DNA of 64,000 nucleotides from a virus (taxonomy: Duplodnaviria; Caudoviricetes), in IMG/VR virus record IMGVR_UViG_2857429247_000001, positions 49,386 to 113,385 of that record. One strand, written 5' to 3'. Position 1 is the stretch's first letter. Every line of letters starts with the position of its first letter. The position numbers were made by a program, and so were the translations under genes. The notes under the pieces are model-generated. The model did no database searches and was not told where the DNA came from. It was given only the letters and a program-made list of their open reading frames with translations. Positions 19,024 through 28,280 of the stretch are shown piece by piece.

Positions 19024-19206
19024 ATGCACACCGCCCGCGTCATCGCGGCGATGATCGCAGGCGGCTACGCCTCGATCGTCGCCGCCCACCTGATCGCTCA
19101 GACGGTCCCGCTCGACGCGGTGGTGAGCGCCGGCGTCGCCGGCTTCCTCCTCGGACCGCCGGCCGTGGGCGTCTGCGCCTTCGTCGTCGCGCTCATCCAC
19201 GAGTAG
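19024..19206 (+). CDS. Small membrane protein
   Basis: GGAG RBS, two hydrophobic segments. Confidence 0.55.
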   Translation: MHTARVIAAMIAGGYASIVAAHLIAQTVPLDAVVSAGVAGFLLGPPAVGVCAFVVALIHE

Positions 19207-19215
19207 GGCGCCCCG

Positions 19216-19482
19216 ATGGATGCCAGAGAGACTGCCGTCCCGACCCCGCAGCAGAAGGATTGCGCCTTGGCGCTCCTCACCCTGCTCCGCTCGAACGTCG
19301 CCTACGCCGATGCGCTGGCCCTGATCCAGTTCCTCGCGCGGGAGGGGAACAACGAGCGAACGAAGACGGTCGGCGCGTTCGTGATGAGCGGGATCCCGTT
19401 CGGGGAGGCAGAGCGCTATGCCGCTGATCCCGGGATGCGCGAGGCGCTGCTCGCCGAGATCAAGCGGGCGTCCCGGCCATGA
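19216..19482 (+). CDS. Hypothetical protein
   Basis: Operonic. Confidence 0.5.
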   Translation: MDARETAVPTPQQKDCALALLTLLRSNVAYADALALIQFLAREGNNERTKTVGAFVMSGIPFGEAERYAADPGMREALLAEIKRASRP

Positions 19483-19573
19483 TGATCCTCGATCCTCGGA
19501 CGGGCCAGACCGTCACCATCGATCCGCGGACCGGTCGGCCCGCTTCCTCGACCTCGACCTCCCGAGCCTGACC

Positions 19574-20524
19574 ATGCGCCCCGATCTCCTCCACGTCATC
19601 GTCCCGGTGTTCAACCCGCTGCGCAACCGCAGCCACACCCGCAACACCGCCCGCTTCCTGCTCCACATGATCGAGAGCGGCGTGCGGGTGATGGTCGTGG
19701 AGGCGACCTACGGCGACGCCGCCCCGGTCTTCGCCGGCGTGAAGGGCATCCAGCACGTCCACGTCCAGGCCTTCTCGGTCTGCTGGATCAAGGAGTGCCT
19801 CTACAACATCGGCATCCAGCACCTGCCGCGCGACTGGAAGGTGGTCGGCCTGTTCGACGGCGACATCCGCTTCAAGCGCCACGACTGGGCGGCCGAGGCG
19901 GTCTACGCGTCCCAGCACCACCCCGTGTTGCAGCCCTGGGAGCACTGCCACGACCTCGGCCCCGAGGGCGAGTTCATGGAGGTGCACTATTCGTTCTGCC
20001 GCCAGTGGGAGAAGGAGCCCGAGTCCGTCGGACACCACGGCGAGGGCCCGTACCGCTTCGCCCACCCCGGCTTCGCCTGGGTCTACACCCGGGACGCGCT
20101 GGAGAAACTCGGAGGCCTGATCGAGACCGCCGTCCTCGGCGCCGCGGACCACCACCAGGCGCTTGCCCTCGTCGGCATGGCCAAGGATTCGCTCCCGGGC
20201 GGGCTGACCGACGCCTATGCGAAGCCGATCTTCCAATGGGAGGCGCGCTGCAACCAGCACATCGCCGGGAACATCGGCTTCGTGCCTGGGACCATCGAGC
20301 ACGACTACCACGGCCAGAAGGCGGCTCGCGGCTACGTCTCGCGCTGGGACATCCTCAAGCGCCACGCCTTCGACCCAACCACCGACCTGAAGCGCAACAC
20401 CTCGGGGGTGTGGGAACTCGCCGGCAACAAGCCAGGCCTGCGCCGGGACATCCTCGGCTACTTCAAGAGCAGGAACGAGGATCACACCACGATCCGCGCG
20501 GAGCGGATGCGCGAGGCCGCCTGA
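19574..20524 (+). CDS. Glycosyltransferase-like protein (GT-A fold)
   Basis: LHVIVPVFNP, VMVVE, WIKECLYNIG, DxD motif (FDGDI), HPGFAW..TR, LGAADH. Confidence 0.6.
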   Translation: MRPDLLHVIVPVFNPLRNRSHTRNTARFLLHMIESGVRVMVVEATYGDAAPVFAGVKGIQHVHVQAFSVCWIKECLYNIGIQHLPRDWKVVGLFDGDIRFKRHDWAAEAVYASQHHPVLQPWEHCHDLGPEGEFMEVHYSFCRQWEKEPESVGHHGEGPYRFAHPGFAWVYTRDALEKLGGLIETAVLGAADHHQALALVGMAKDSLPGGLTDAYAKPIFQWEARCNQHIAGNIGFVPGTIEHDYHGQKAARGYVSRWDILKRHAFDPTTDLKRNTSGVWELAGNKPGLRRDILGYFKSRNEDHTTIRAERMREAA

Positions 20525-20543
20525 TCCCCGCATAGGAAGGCCC

Positions 20544-20712
20544 ACGACGGCCGCTATCCGTTCGCGCCCCGTACTGCGCGAGAAGGCGGACACGGCTGCC
20601 CTGGGCCGACCTGATTAAATCCAGGGCCGGTCCAGGGATCGGGAAGAATTCAGATCGCGCGACTCGGCGGCTCGCCTCCTCATGGGGGGGAGAGAGACCA
20701 GGGACACCGCGC
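20544..20712 (+). ncRNA. Candidate structured RNA between the GT-like gene and the parB-N/dpdA-like operon
   Basis: Consecutive stems (e.g. tcgcgc/gcgcga, ccctgggccg/cggtccaggg, cctcctc/ggggggg) in a 346-bp intergenic region. Confidence 0.3.
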
Positions 20713-20870
20713 CACCGCATGGGAGCTCACCCGAGCCCACCGCCTTACCCCCCTCTGCGGAGAGGGCCTCGCCCGCCTCCCGGGACCGCCTGCCATCCCG
20801 CGCCCCGCGTGTGTGGGGCCGATCGCGCGCACCGCGCGCGCTGCCTCGAACCTCCGGAATTTATCCGCCT

Positions 20871-21500
20871 ATGGCTCAGACCAAAGCGAAGCCCTCGAAC
20901 GCCGGCATCCCGCAGGTCGAGCTGCGCCCGATCTCCGCCCTCGTGGGCTATGCCCGCAACAGCCGCACCCACTCGCCCGAGCAGGTGGCCCAGCTGAAGG
21001 CCAGCATCGTCGAGTGGGGTTTTACCAACCCCATCCTCGTGGATGCGGCGAGCACGGTGGCCGGGCATGGCCGCTCCATGGCGATGCGCGAGCTGCACGC
21101 GGCCGGCGTCGAAGTGCGCTTCCCCAACGGGACGCCGATCCCCGCGGGCATGATCCCGGTGATCGACTGCACGGGCTGGAGCGAGACGCAGCGGCGCGCC
21201 TACATCATCGCCGACAACAAGCTCGCGCTGAACGCCGGGTGGGACACCGAGATGCTCCGGGTCGAGATGGTCGACCTGCAGACCGAGGCGTTCGATCTGG
21301 GCCTCACCGGTTTCTCGGCGGAGGAGGTCGACCTCACCCTGAACGGCTGGGACAGCGACATCGACGTCGCCGAGCGCGACGGCGAGCACACCGACGGCAT
21401 CCAGGCGGTCGTGAAGGTGAAGGTCGACCAAGACGCCAAGGACCGCGCCGAGGCGATCGTGCACGAGGCGCTGCGCAACGCCGGGATCTCCTTCGAGTGA
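20871..21500 (+). CDS. ParB/Srx N-terminal domain protein
   Basis: YARNSRTHS..QVAQLKASI.EWGFTNPILVD...VAGHGR...RRAYIIADNKLALNAGWD. Confidence 0.88.
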   Translation: MAQTKAKPSNAGIPQVELRPISALVGYARNSRTHSPEQVAQLKASIVEWGFTNPILVDAASTVAGHGRSMAMRELHAAGVEVRFPNGTPIPAGMIPVIDCTGWSETQRRAYIIADNKLALNAGWDTEMLRVEMVDLQTEAFDLGLTGFSAEEVDLTLNGWDSDIDVAERDGEHTDGIQAVVKVKVDQDAKDRAEAIVHEALRNAGISFE

Positions 21501-22354
21501 TCCCCGACTCCGAGGCGCGGCTCAACATCCTGGTCGCCTATCCGTACGCGACCGCGACCATCCTCGCCGAGCTCACCCGCTACGCCGCCGACGTCCGGTG
21601 GGTGCTCGACTGCGGCGCCTTCACCGCGTGGAAGTCCGGCAAGACGATCGCGCTGGACGACTACTGCCGGTTCATCGAGCGGCTGCCGGTGCGCCCGTGG
21701 CGGTACTTCGCGCTCGACGTCGTCGGCGATCCCGAGGCGTCGATGCGGAACTACGAGGCCATGCGGGCGCGCGGGTTCGATCCCATGCCCGTGTTCACGC
21801 GCGGCGAGGCACTCGCGGCGCTCGACACGTACTACGAGACCTCCGAGGTCGTGGGCGTGGGCGGTCTCGTCGGCACGCCCGGCAACAAGGGGTTCGTGAA
21901 CGGCCTGATGCGCCACGTCGCGGGCCGCCGCGTGCACCTGCTGGGCTTCGCCAACGACGACTACGTCCGGACCTACCGGCCGTACATGTGCGACTCCTCC
22001 ACGTGGATCTCGCCGCTGCGCTTCGGGCTGATCAAGCTCTACCAGGACGGCCGGCCGATCAGCGTGAAGAAGGCGGATTTCGCCAAGCGGCCGAGCGCCG
22101 AGGTGCTCGCGCTGATCCGCGAGTTCGGTATCGACCCGCGCGAGCTGGGCCGGGCTGCACAGTGGGTGAACAACGGGCGCGGCGAGAGTGCGCTGGAGCT
22201 GCTGACCTTCCGCACCACGGTCCGCCACCAGCTCGAGACGCGCCGGATGCTCGGCACGCACCTGTTCATGGCCGTGACGACCTTCGAGCAGATCGCGCCC
22301 GCGCACGCTGCCCTCCTGTTCTGGCGGGACCGCCGTCCGGACCTGTTCGCCTGA
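21497..22354 (+). CDS. dpdA: DpdA-like DNA:7-deazaguanine transglycosylase (TGT-like fold)
   Basis: LDCGAFTAW, ALDVVGD, PVFT.GE, GVGGLV, VHLLG, CDSSTW motifs; adjacent to queC/folE/queD/queE. Confidence 0.75.
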   Translation: MIPDSEARLNILVAYPYATATILAELTRYAADVRWVLDCGAFTAWKSGKTIALDDYCRFIERLPVRPWRYFALDVVGDPEASMRNYEAMRARGFDPMPVFTRGEALAALDTYYETSEVVGVGGLVGTPGNKGFVNGLMRHVAGRRVHLLGFANDDYVRTYRPYMCDSSTWISPLRFGLIKLYQDGRPISVKKADFAKRPSAEVLALIREFGIDPRELGRAAQWVNNGRGESALELLTFRTTVRHQLETRRMLGTHLFMAVTTFEQIAPAHAALLFWRDRRPDLFA

Positions 22355-22361
22355 CCCGAGC

Positions 22362-22520
22362 GGCCCCCGCCCGTGCCGAAAGGTGTTGAGGCCGGCCCGC
22401 GCGGCTTAGCGCCCGGCCGAGACGGTCCTAGTCTCGTTCTGTCCAGATGTCGCCCGGCGGCGCGCCTCGCAATCCAGTAGCGACGGGCACGAGCGCGGCA
22501 GGTGAACCCGAGGAAAGGGC
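22362..22520 (+). ncRNA. Candidate cis-regulatory structured RNA in the queC leader
   Basis: Nested stems ggccc/gggcc, gcccgt/acgggc, gaggc/gcctc, hairpins cc-gaaa-gg and cgagac/gtctcg; ends at the queC RBS. Confidence 0.35.
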
Positions 22521-22526
22521 CAGTCC

Positions 22527-23285
22527 ATGACGAAAGCGCTCGTCGTTCTATCCGGCGGCCAGGACAGCACCACGTGCCTGTTCTGGGCCAAGCAGCATTT
22601 CTCCGAGGTGCACGCGGTCACCTTCGATTACGGCCAGCGCCACCGGCGCGAGATCGATGCCGCGCGGCGGGTGGCCGGTCTCGCCGGCGTGGCGAGCCAT
22701 GAGGTCGTGACGCTGGGGCCGATCCTGAAAGGCCGCTCGCCGCTCACCGACCCCGCCCAGCCGCTGGAGCAGTACGAGACCTTCGCGCAGATGGATTCGG
22801 TGATCGGCGACCGGGTGGAACTCACCTTCGTGCCGATGCGCAACACGCTGTTCCTGACGCTGGCGGCCAACCGTGCGGTGGTGCTGGACTGCTTCGACCT
22901 CGTCACGGGCGTGTGCGAGCAGGACAACGCGAACTATCCCGATTGCACGGCGCCGTTCGTCGACGCGATGGCCACCGCGATCACGCGCAGCCTGGACGTG
23001 GAGCGCTTCACCATCCACGCGCCGCTGATCGAGCTCTCAAAGGCCGAGAGCATCCACCTCGCGCGCACGATCCCCGGCGCGTTCGAGGCGCTGGCCTACA
23101 GCCACACCGCCTACGATGGCGCCTATCCGCCGACCGGGCGTGATCACGCCACCCTGTTGCGCGCCGAGGGCTTCCGCGAGGCCGGGCTTCCCGACCCGCT
23201 GGTGGTGCGCGCGTATCACGAGGGCCTGATGGCGCTGCCCGAGACCGCGAACTACGACGCCCTGCGCCGAGCCTCCGCGGCCTGA
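22527..23285 (+). CDS. queC: 7-cyano-7-deazaguanine synthase
   Basis: [38 protein letters not shown]. Confidence 0.95.
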   Translation: MTKALVVLSGGQDSTTCLFWAKQHFSEVHAVTFDYGQRHRREIDAARRVAGLAGVASHEVVTLGPILKGRSPLTDPAQPLEQYETFAQMDSVIGDRVELTFVPMRNTLFLTLAANRAVVLDCFDLVTGVCEQDNANYPDCTAPFVDAMATAITRSLDVERFTIHAPLIELSKAESIHLARTIPGAFEALAYSHTAYDGAYPPTGRDHATLLRAEGFREAGLPDPLVVRAYHEGLMALPETANYDALRRASAA

Positions 23286-23290
23286 GCCGT

Positions 23291-23338
23291 TGCACGAACG
23301 CGTTCACGCCTCGATTGATCGAAGCGTGAACGCCTGAA
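23291..23338. repeat. Phased octamer array (6 units) at the convergent queC / cassette junction
   Basis: tgcacgaa cgcgttca cgcctcga ttgatcga agcgtgaa cgcctgaa. Confidence 0.75.
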
Positions 23339-23346
23339 CTGCGCGA

Positions 23347-23613
23347 TCAGCGAGCGCGGCGCGGGTAAGGCTTGCCGCAGAAGTCGAACTCCGAGGTCAC
23401 CTCGGCCTTGCGGCAGTCGAAGCGGGCAGGGTCCCGGGCCGGGATGGTCTCGCCCGCGCAGAACGCCCGCTCCGACGCGGCGCGCGCCAGCCGGCAGGTG
23501 ATCACCCCGCCGTGCACGTTGAGCAGGAAGGTGCCGGGATCGCGCGGGGCTGCCTCGGCCTGGGTGGCGGACAGGGCGGCGATCGCCAGGATCGTGGCGG
23601 CGTAACGGGTCAT
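23347..23613 (-). CDS. Small secreted protein (4 Cys)
   Basis: Signal peptide MTRYAATILAIAALSATQAEA; AGGAG RBS within the leader hairpin. Confidence 0.7.
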   Translation of the reverse strand: MTRYAATILAIAALSATQAEAAPRDPGTFLLNVHGGVITCRLARAASERAFCAGETIPARDPARFDCRKAEVTSEFDFCGKPYPRRAR

Positions 23614-23656
23614 GGGTTGTCTCCTGAGGAGGTGGGCGTAGCCCGGTGGTGGTCTG

Positions 23657-23812
23657 TTATCGGCCGGCTCCGTCTCGATGCACGAATACCCTCGCGCCGA
23701 GGCCAAGCATGTTGCGCAAGTAGGTCTCCTCCTGACTGGCTGCGACGAGCGATCGGAAAGTTTCGACCAGCTTCCAAGAGCCGTTCGCGGGGATGAACAC
23801 GCCGTAGGTCAT
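23657..23812 (-). CDS. Small hypothetical protein (51 aa)
   Basis: First gene behind family A cassette copy 2; GGAG RBS. Confidence 0.6.
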   Translation of the reverse strand: MTYGVFIPANGSWKLVETFRSLVAASQEETYLRNMLGLGARVFVHRDGAGR

Positions 23813-23924
23813 CTCGGTGTCTCCGTCAGGAGGTGGGCGCTGCCCGTTCGATGACTTGAACATACGGCGTACCCAGCCGATAGGCACTAGGGAATTTACG
23901 CCTGAATGTATGAAAGCGTGAACT
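23810..23924 (-). promoter_or_regulatory. Family A promoter/leader cassette copy 2, with octamer array 23891-23922
   Basis: 115-bp near-identical direct repeat with 25045-25159 (about 12 mismatches by eye); GTGCCT-N17-TATGTT. Confidence 0.85.
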
Positions 23925-23966
23925 GCCGGGCGAGCCGCACCGCAGAGGGTCGCCTCGCTCGGGAGG

Positions 23967-24368
23967 TCAGTTCCCGGCCTGCCGATCATCCGGCTGGCGC
24001 TTCCTCGAGAGCGACGTCTCCAGGCGCGCGATGTCGGCCTTGAGTGCGTCCCCCTCCGCTATCCGCCGTGCTGTGATGTCCGCGGCGCGTCCCAGACGGG
24101 CGCGGAGCTTCGCCTGCGCGGCCCGGGCCCGTTCGACCTCGACGGCATCGCGCTTCTCTTGGATCTGGCGATCAATCGCGATGAGGTCTGACCCGTCCTG
24201 GCTGCGCCGCTCCTTCAGGCGCTGGATCTCGGCCTCGAGGACCGAGACGCGCAGCGTGCGCGTTTCCGCCTCCGCGGCGTCGGCCTTGGCCTCCATCCGG
24301 TCGCAGGCCTGATCGTAGCGGGCTCGCATGCGCGCGAGCGCGCGACCGATGATCGAGAACGGGTTCAC
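23967..24368 (-). CDS. Coiled-coil hypothetical protein
   Basis: GGAGG RBS, GTG start. Confidence 0.6.
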   Translation of the reverse strand: MNPFSIIGRALARMRARYDQACDRMEAKADAAEAETRTLRVSVLEAEIQRLKERRSQDGSDLIAIDRQIQEKRDAVEVERARAAQAKLRARLGRAADITARRIAEGDALKADIARLETSLSRKRQPDDRQAGN

Positions 24369-24441
24369 GGCGGCACCTCCCAGGTGTGATCTAGGCTCGG
24401 CGGGTGGATCGGCGAGGCGCCTGAGCGCCCCGCCGCGCGGC

Positions 24442-25047
24442 TCAGAGGCCGGCGCAGCGCCGGCGGGCGTCGCGATAGATCAAGTCGGAGAGCCAGGCGT
24501 TCCAAGACGGGATGTAGACGTCCCGGCTCATCTCGACCTGGGTGAAGGTATGGCGGCCGTAGGTCCGCTGGGTCTCGGTGAAGACCACGTCCGAGACGTC
24601 GATGTCGCCCAGGTGCAGCGTAGCCCGCACCTTGTCGAGGGACCGGGTCCGCAGGCCGGCCGACAGCTCGCGGCTCGTGCTGACGCTGCTCGAGCCGAAG
24701 TGCACCCGCTCGGCGCCCTCGACGTGGGGCGGGTTCTCGATGCGCGGGGCGTAACCGCGCGATCCCTCGGTGCCCGGGGTGTAAGCCACCGAGATGGAGC
24801 CGTCGGCGCCGAGCCAGTGATCGATCGAGTAAGCCATGTCGATCGAGCCGTCGAAGCCGCGGCCGCCGTACTGGCTGGTGATGGTCTCGACCATCGCGGT
24901 GGTCGGGCCGTCGGTCCAGCCCACGCGGATCGAGGAGCCGCCGGCGTAACGGTCCGAGCGGACCGTGAAGGTGGTGCGCGGGAACGCGGCCTTGAGGCGG
25001 CGGCGGATGATCTTGGCGACTTCGGCGGTGTCGATGTGGCGGGTCAT
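24442..25047 (-). CDS. LPD29 (large polyvalent protein-associated domain 29) protein
   Basis: AEVAKIIRRRLKAAFP.TTFTVRSDRYAGGSSIRVGWTDGPT...YGGRGFDGSIDM. Confidence 0.8.
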   Translation of the reverse strand: MTRHIDTAEVAKIIRRRLKAAFPRTTFTVRSDRYAGGSSIRVGWTDGPTTAMVETITSQYGGRGFDGSIDMAYSIDHWLGADGSISVAYTPGTEGSRGYAPRIENPPHVEGAERVHFGSSSVSTSRELSAGLRTRSLDKVRATLHLGDIDVSDVVFTETQRTYGRHTFTQVEMSRDVYIPSWNAWLSDLIYRDARRRCAGL

Positions 25048-25159
25048 ATCGGTGTCTCCGTCTGGAGTTGGGCGCTGCCCGTTCGATGACTTGAACATAC
25101 GGCGTGCCCCGCCGAGAGGCACTAGGGAATTCACGCCTCGACGCCTGAAAGCGTGAACT
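25045..25159 (-). promoter_or_regulatory. Family A promoter/leader cassette copy 3, with octamer array 25126-25157
   Basis: Direct repeat of 23810-23924. Confidence 0.85.
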
Positions 25160-25197
25160 TTTTTCGGGCCGCCCTGGCCCGGCTGCTCAGGATCCCC

Positions 25198-25872
25198 ATG
25201 ACGCCTTCCGAGACGATCCGGGCCCGGCTGGCCGCGGCCGGCGTGCCGTTCCGCGCCAACGACAGCATCGCGGCGCACCTCGAGCCCGGGGAGGCGGAGG
25301 CGCTGCTCGCCGAGGTCACCGAGAAGGCCGGCGCGCTCCTCGACGCGCTGGTGATCGACCGAACGGCGGACCACAACACCGCCGACACCGCGCGCCGCAT
25401 GGCGAAGCTCTACCTGCGCGAGGTGTTCCGCGGCCGCTACGAGCCGGCGCCCGCGCTCACCGACTTCCCCAACGCGGCCGGCGTGGATCAGCCCTACGTG
25501 GTCGGCCCGATCTCGATCCGCTCCACCTGCTCGCACCACTTCGCCCCGATCCTCGGCCGGGCCTGGGTCGGCGTCGTCCCAGGCGAGCGGGTGATCGGGC
25601 TCTCGAAGTTCAACCGCATCGCCGACTGGGTCTTCTCGCGCCCGCAGATCCAGGAAGAGGCCGTCGTGCAGCTCGCCGACGCCCTCGAGGAGGCCGTGCG
25701 CCCTCGCGGTCTCGGCATCGTCGTCCGCGCCCGGCACCAGTGCTGTTCATGGCGCGGCGTGCGCGACGAGACCGCGATGGTCTCGACCGAGATGCGCGGC
25801 GTGTTCCGCACCGATCCATCCGCCCGGGCCGAGCTGATGGCCCTCATCGGCCAGGGAGTGACCTGCTCGTGA
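25198..25872 (+). CDS. folE: GTP cyclohydrolase I
   Basis: T..RMAKLY..E.F.G, STCSHHFAP, IGLSKFNRI, RPQIQE, HQCC.WRGV. Confidence 0.95.
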   Translation: MTPSETIRARLAAAGVPFRANDSIAAHLEPGEAEALLAEVTEKAGALLDALVIDRTADHNTADTARRMAKLYLREVFRGRYEPAPALTDFPNAAGVDQPYVVGPISIRSTCSHHFAPILGRAWVGVVPGERVIGLSKFNRIADWVFSRPQIQEEAVVQLADALEEAVRPRGLGIVVRARHQCCSWRGVRDETAMVSTEMRGVFRTDPSARAELMALIGQGVTCS

Positions 25873-26315
25873 AGTACCGCTCGACCAAGACCTACGGCCA
25901 CGAGATCGGCCTCTCGGCCGTATTCCGGCAGTGGCGCGCCGCGTCGCATTGCCGGCTGCTCCACGGCTACGCGCTCGCCGTGCACCTCGAGTTCGAGGCC
26001 TCCTCGCTCGATGGCCAGAACTGGGTGGTGGACTTCGGGTCGCTGAAGCCGATCAAGCAGTGGCTCCAGGAGACCTTCGACCACAAGCTTCTCGTCGCCC
26101 AGGACGATCCGGAACTGCCGTTCCTGCGCTCGCTGGCGGCGATCGGGCTCGCGGACGTCGTCGTGGTGCCGGCCACGGGCTGCGAGGCCTTCGCGGCGCA
26201 GATCTACGGCCACGTTGCGGGCTGGCTGCGCGAGATCGGCCAGGCGCCGCGCGTGCGGCTCGCCGAGGTGCACGTGCGCGAGCACGGCGCCAACGCGGCG
26301 AAGCTAGTCGCCTGA
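25869..26315 (+). CDS. queD: 6-carboxy-5,6,7,8-tetrahydropterin synthase
   Basis: SHCRLLHGY, WVVDFG.LK, FDHK, EVHVREH. Confidence 0.92.
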   Translation: MKYRSTKTYGHEIGLSAVFRQWRAASHCRLLHGYALAVHLEFEASSLDGQNWVVDFGSLKPIKQWLQETFDHKLLVAQDDPELPFLRSLAAIGLADVVVVPATGCEAFAAQIYGHVAGWLREIGQAPRVRLAEVHVREHGANAAKLVA

Positions 26316-26665
26316 GTGGGAGATCTAGAATGCTGCCGTTCGACCAGGTCACCCACATTGCGGTAGCCCCACCGCCGCTCCCCGTCAGCGAGATCTTCGA
26401 GTCGATACAGGGTGAGGCATCCTTCACCGGATCGCCCGCGGTGTTCATCCGCCTGCAGGGCTGCCCGGTCGGCTGCGGTTTTTGCGACACCAAGCATACT
26501 TGGGCGGTGGATCCGGCCAACGTCGTGCCGGCGGCCGAGATGGCCGCGAAGGTCGCGGATGCGCCCACCTTCGCCCGCATGACGCCGGCGGAGATCGTCG
26601 CCCACGTGGAGGCCACAACCCGCGCCCGCCACGTCGTCATCACCGGCGGCGAGCCGGCGCTCTAT

Positions 26666-28280
26666 CCCGCTTTATTCACCAGGGTTTGGCTGGCGACGTG
26701 TTTTGAGCTGAAGGCGAGCGGGATCGTGCGTCTGTCCTGACGCGTATGGATCTGGTTGTGCTGTCGGCGCTGGAGGGACGGGAGCGGTGTCGATGGGGCA
26801 TCACGCCCCGTGGTTCAGGCTGGCGCTGGGGCGAGTGCGCCCGCGATATGGCGCAGCAAGTCGGCCTCGGGACAGGCGGCGGCGAAGGCGAGACGAACAC
26901 GGGCAGTGGTCTCGTGGATGCGAGCCCCAAGCTTGAGCAGGCGCAGGCGGATCGTCGCGAACTCGGCCTTGGCCAGGCGATGGGGAGCCGGGATGGCGTC
27001 GCGCACGGTCAGCATCAGCCAATAGGCGGCGGTGTGCAGCACGAGCCGCATCTGGTTGGCGGCCGGATGCCGGCAGGAGGTGCGGTCGGAAGCGAGCTGG
27101 CCCTTATGGAGCTTGATCAGGTTCTCGGCCTGTCCGCGGGCGCAGTACAGCTCGGCGTAGAGCCATTCGGGCGTACCGGTGGCGATGTTCGTGACCACGT
27201 AGCGGATGTCGAGGCCAAGGCGGGTCGCCTCGATGCGGGCGGCGACGCGGCGGTGCTGCCGCCAGGATTTGGCTGCGTGCGTGGTCTCAGCAAAGCCGCG
27301 CACGGCATCTGTGTTGCTGAGGGCCCGCTCGACCCGGATGTGATCGGCGGTCGGCTCGACCTTGGCGGTGAGCGACTTGGTGCCGGTCAGGCCGAAGACG
27401 TAAGCGACGTCGTTGTCCTCGCACCAGTCCATCGCTTCGGGCCGCCCGTAATGGCCGTCGCCACGGATCGTGATCGCGGTCGTCGGCCAGTGTCGGCGGA
27501 TCGCCCGGACCAGACGACGCAGATGGCCCCGGACTTCGCGACCCGAAGGCGTCTTGCCCGGCCGCAGGATCATCGCCACCGGGCGCGAGGTGGCGGTGTC
27601 GTAGACGTGGATGGGGAGAAAGCAGCGTTCGTCGTGGTGGGCGTTGAACAGCGACAGTTGCTGCTGGCCATGGACCACGTCGCAGGTGTCGTCGATATCC
27701 AGCGTGACAGCCGCCGGTGGCGCGGCGTAGCTGGCGCAGTAGAGGTCGACCAGCACCCGTCCGAGCCGGATCAGGTCACGCAGGCCCGGCGTGTTCTCCA
27801 GCCGCGAGACGGTGGGCTGGCTCATCAAGTCGCGTCCGCTGTCGGGTAGGCGACCACAGGCGAGCTTGAAGGCGGGATCGACGCGCAGGTGATCGAGGTC
27901 GTCGGCATCCTCGTACCCGCAGGCGATGGCCAGGATGCGCGCCAGCAGGATCTCGGGCAGAGGATGCACGATCCGGCTCGGGTCACGCCGGTCGGGGATC
28001 ACCGCGGCGAGCTTCTCACCGATCTGCATCCGCCGGGCAGCCTGAGCGAGCAACAGGACGCCCCCGTCCGAGGTCAGGCGTCCGCCGTCGAAAGCAGCTG
28101 TGAGCTTCTTGCCTCGAACCGATGGAAACGCGAACGGCAGACACGTAGGATCGGACATGGCGGGCGTGGCGGGCTCGATCTGGTCTGAGGACTTGGCGTC
28201 AGCACCCAATCCCTAAGCCACATCAATGCTTTACGCTACGCTCGCCACCACAGATCCACTGCCCTCGTGAATAAGACGGG
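26666..28280 (-). mobile_element. IS1380-family insertion sequence (1615 bp)
   Basis: Imperfect terminal IRs cccgctttattcac / gtgaataagacggg; 4-bp target duplication CTAT at 26662-26665 and 28281-28284. Confidence 0.93.
26815..28158 (-). CDS. IS1380-family DDE transposase
   Basis: FDGGRLTSDGG, GYEDADD..LR.DP, SQPTVSRLEN, LDIDDT, RGDGHY, YCARGQAENLIK. Confidence 0.95.
   Translation of the reverse strand: MSDPTCLPFAFPSVRGKKLTAAFDGGRLTSDGGVLLLAQAARRMQIGEKLAAVIPDRRDPSRIVHPLPEILLARILAIACGYEDADDLDHLRVDPAFKLACGRLPDSGRDLMSQPTVSRLENTPGLRDLIRLGRVLVDLYCASYAAPPAAVTLDIDDTCDVVHGQQQLSLFNAHHDERCFLPIHVYDTATSRPVAMILRPGKTPSGREVRGHLRRLVRAIRRHWPTTAITIRGDGHYGRPEAMDWCEDNDVAYVFGLTGTKSLTAKVEPTADHIRVERALSNTDAVRGFAETTHAAKSWRQHRRVAARIEATRLGLDIRYVVTNIATGTPEWLYAELYCARGQAENLIKLHKGQLASDRTSCRHPAANQMRLVLHTAAYWLMLTVRDAIPAPHRLAKAEFATIRLRLLKLGARIHETTARVRLAFAAACPEADLLRHIAGALAPAPA

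Noticed and set aside
20871-21500. ParB-N protein as the partition protein binding the octamer arrays
   Set aside because: It has no evident HTH or neighbouring parA and is translationally coupled to the dpdA-like gene, as in DNA-modification loci.
22504-22520. RNase P-like GAGGAAAG motif or hammerhead ribozyme in the queC leader
   Set aside because: The rest of the RNase P conserved regions and the hammerhead CUGANGA core are absent.
24442-25737. 431-aa and other N-terminally extended versions of ORFs in the provided track
   Set aside because: The extensions run through promoter cassettes or overlap folE; RBS-supported internal starts (e.g. 25047) were used instead.
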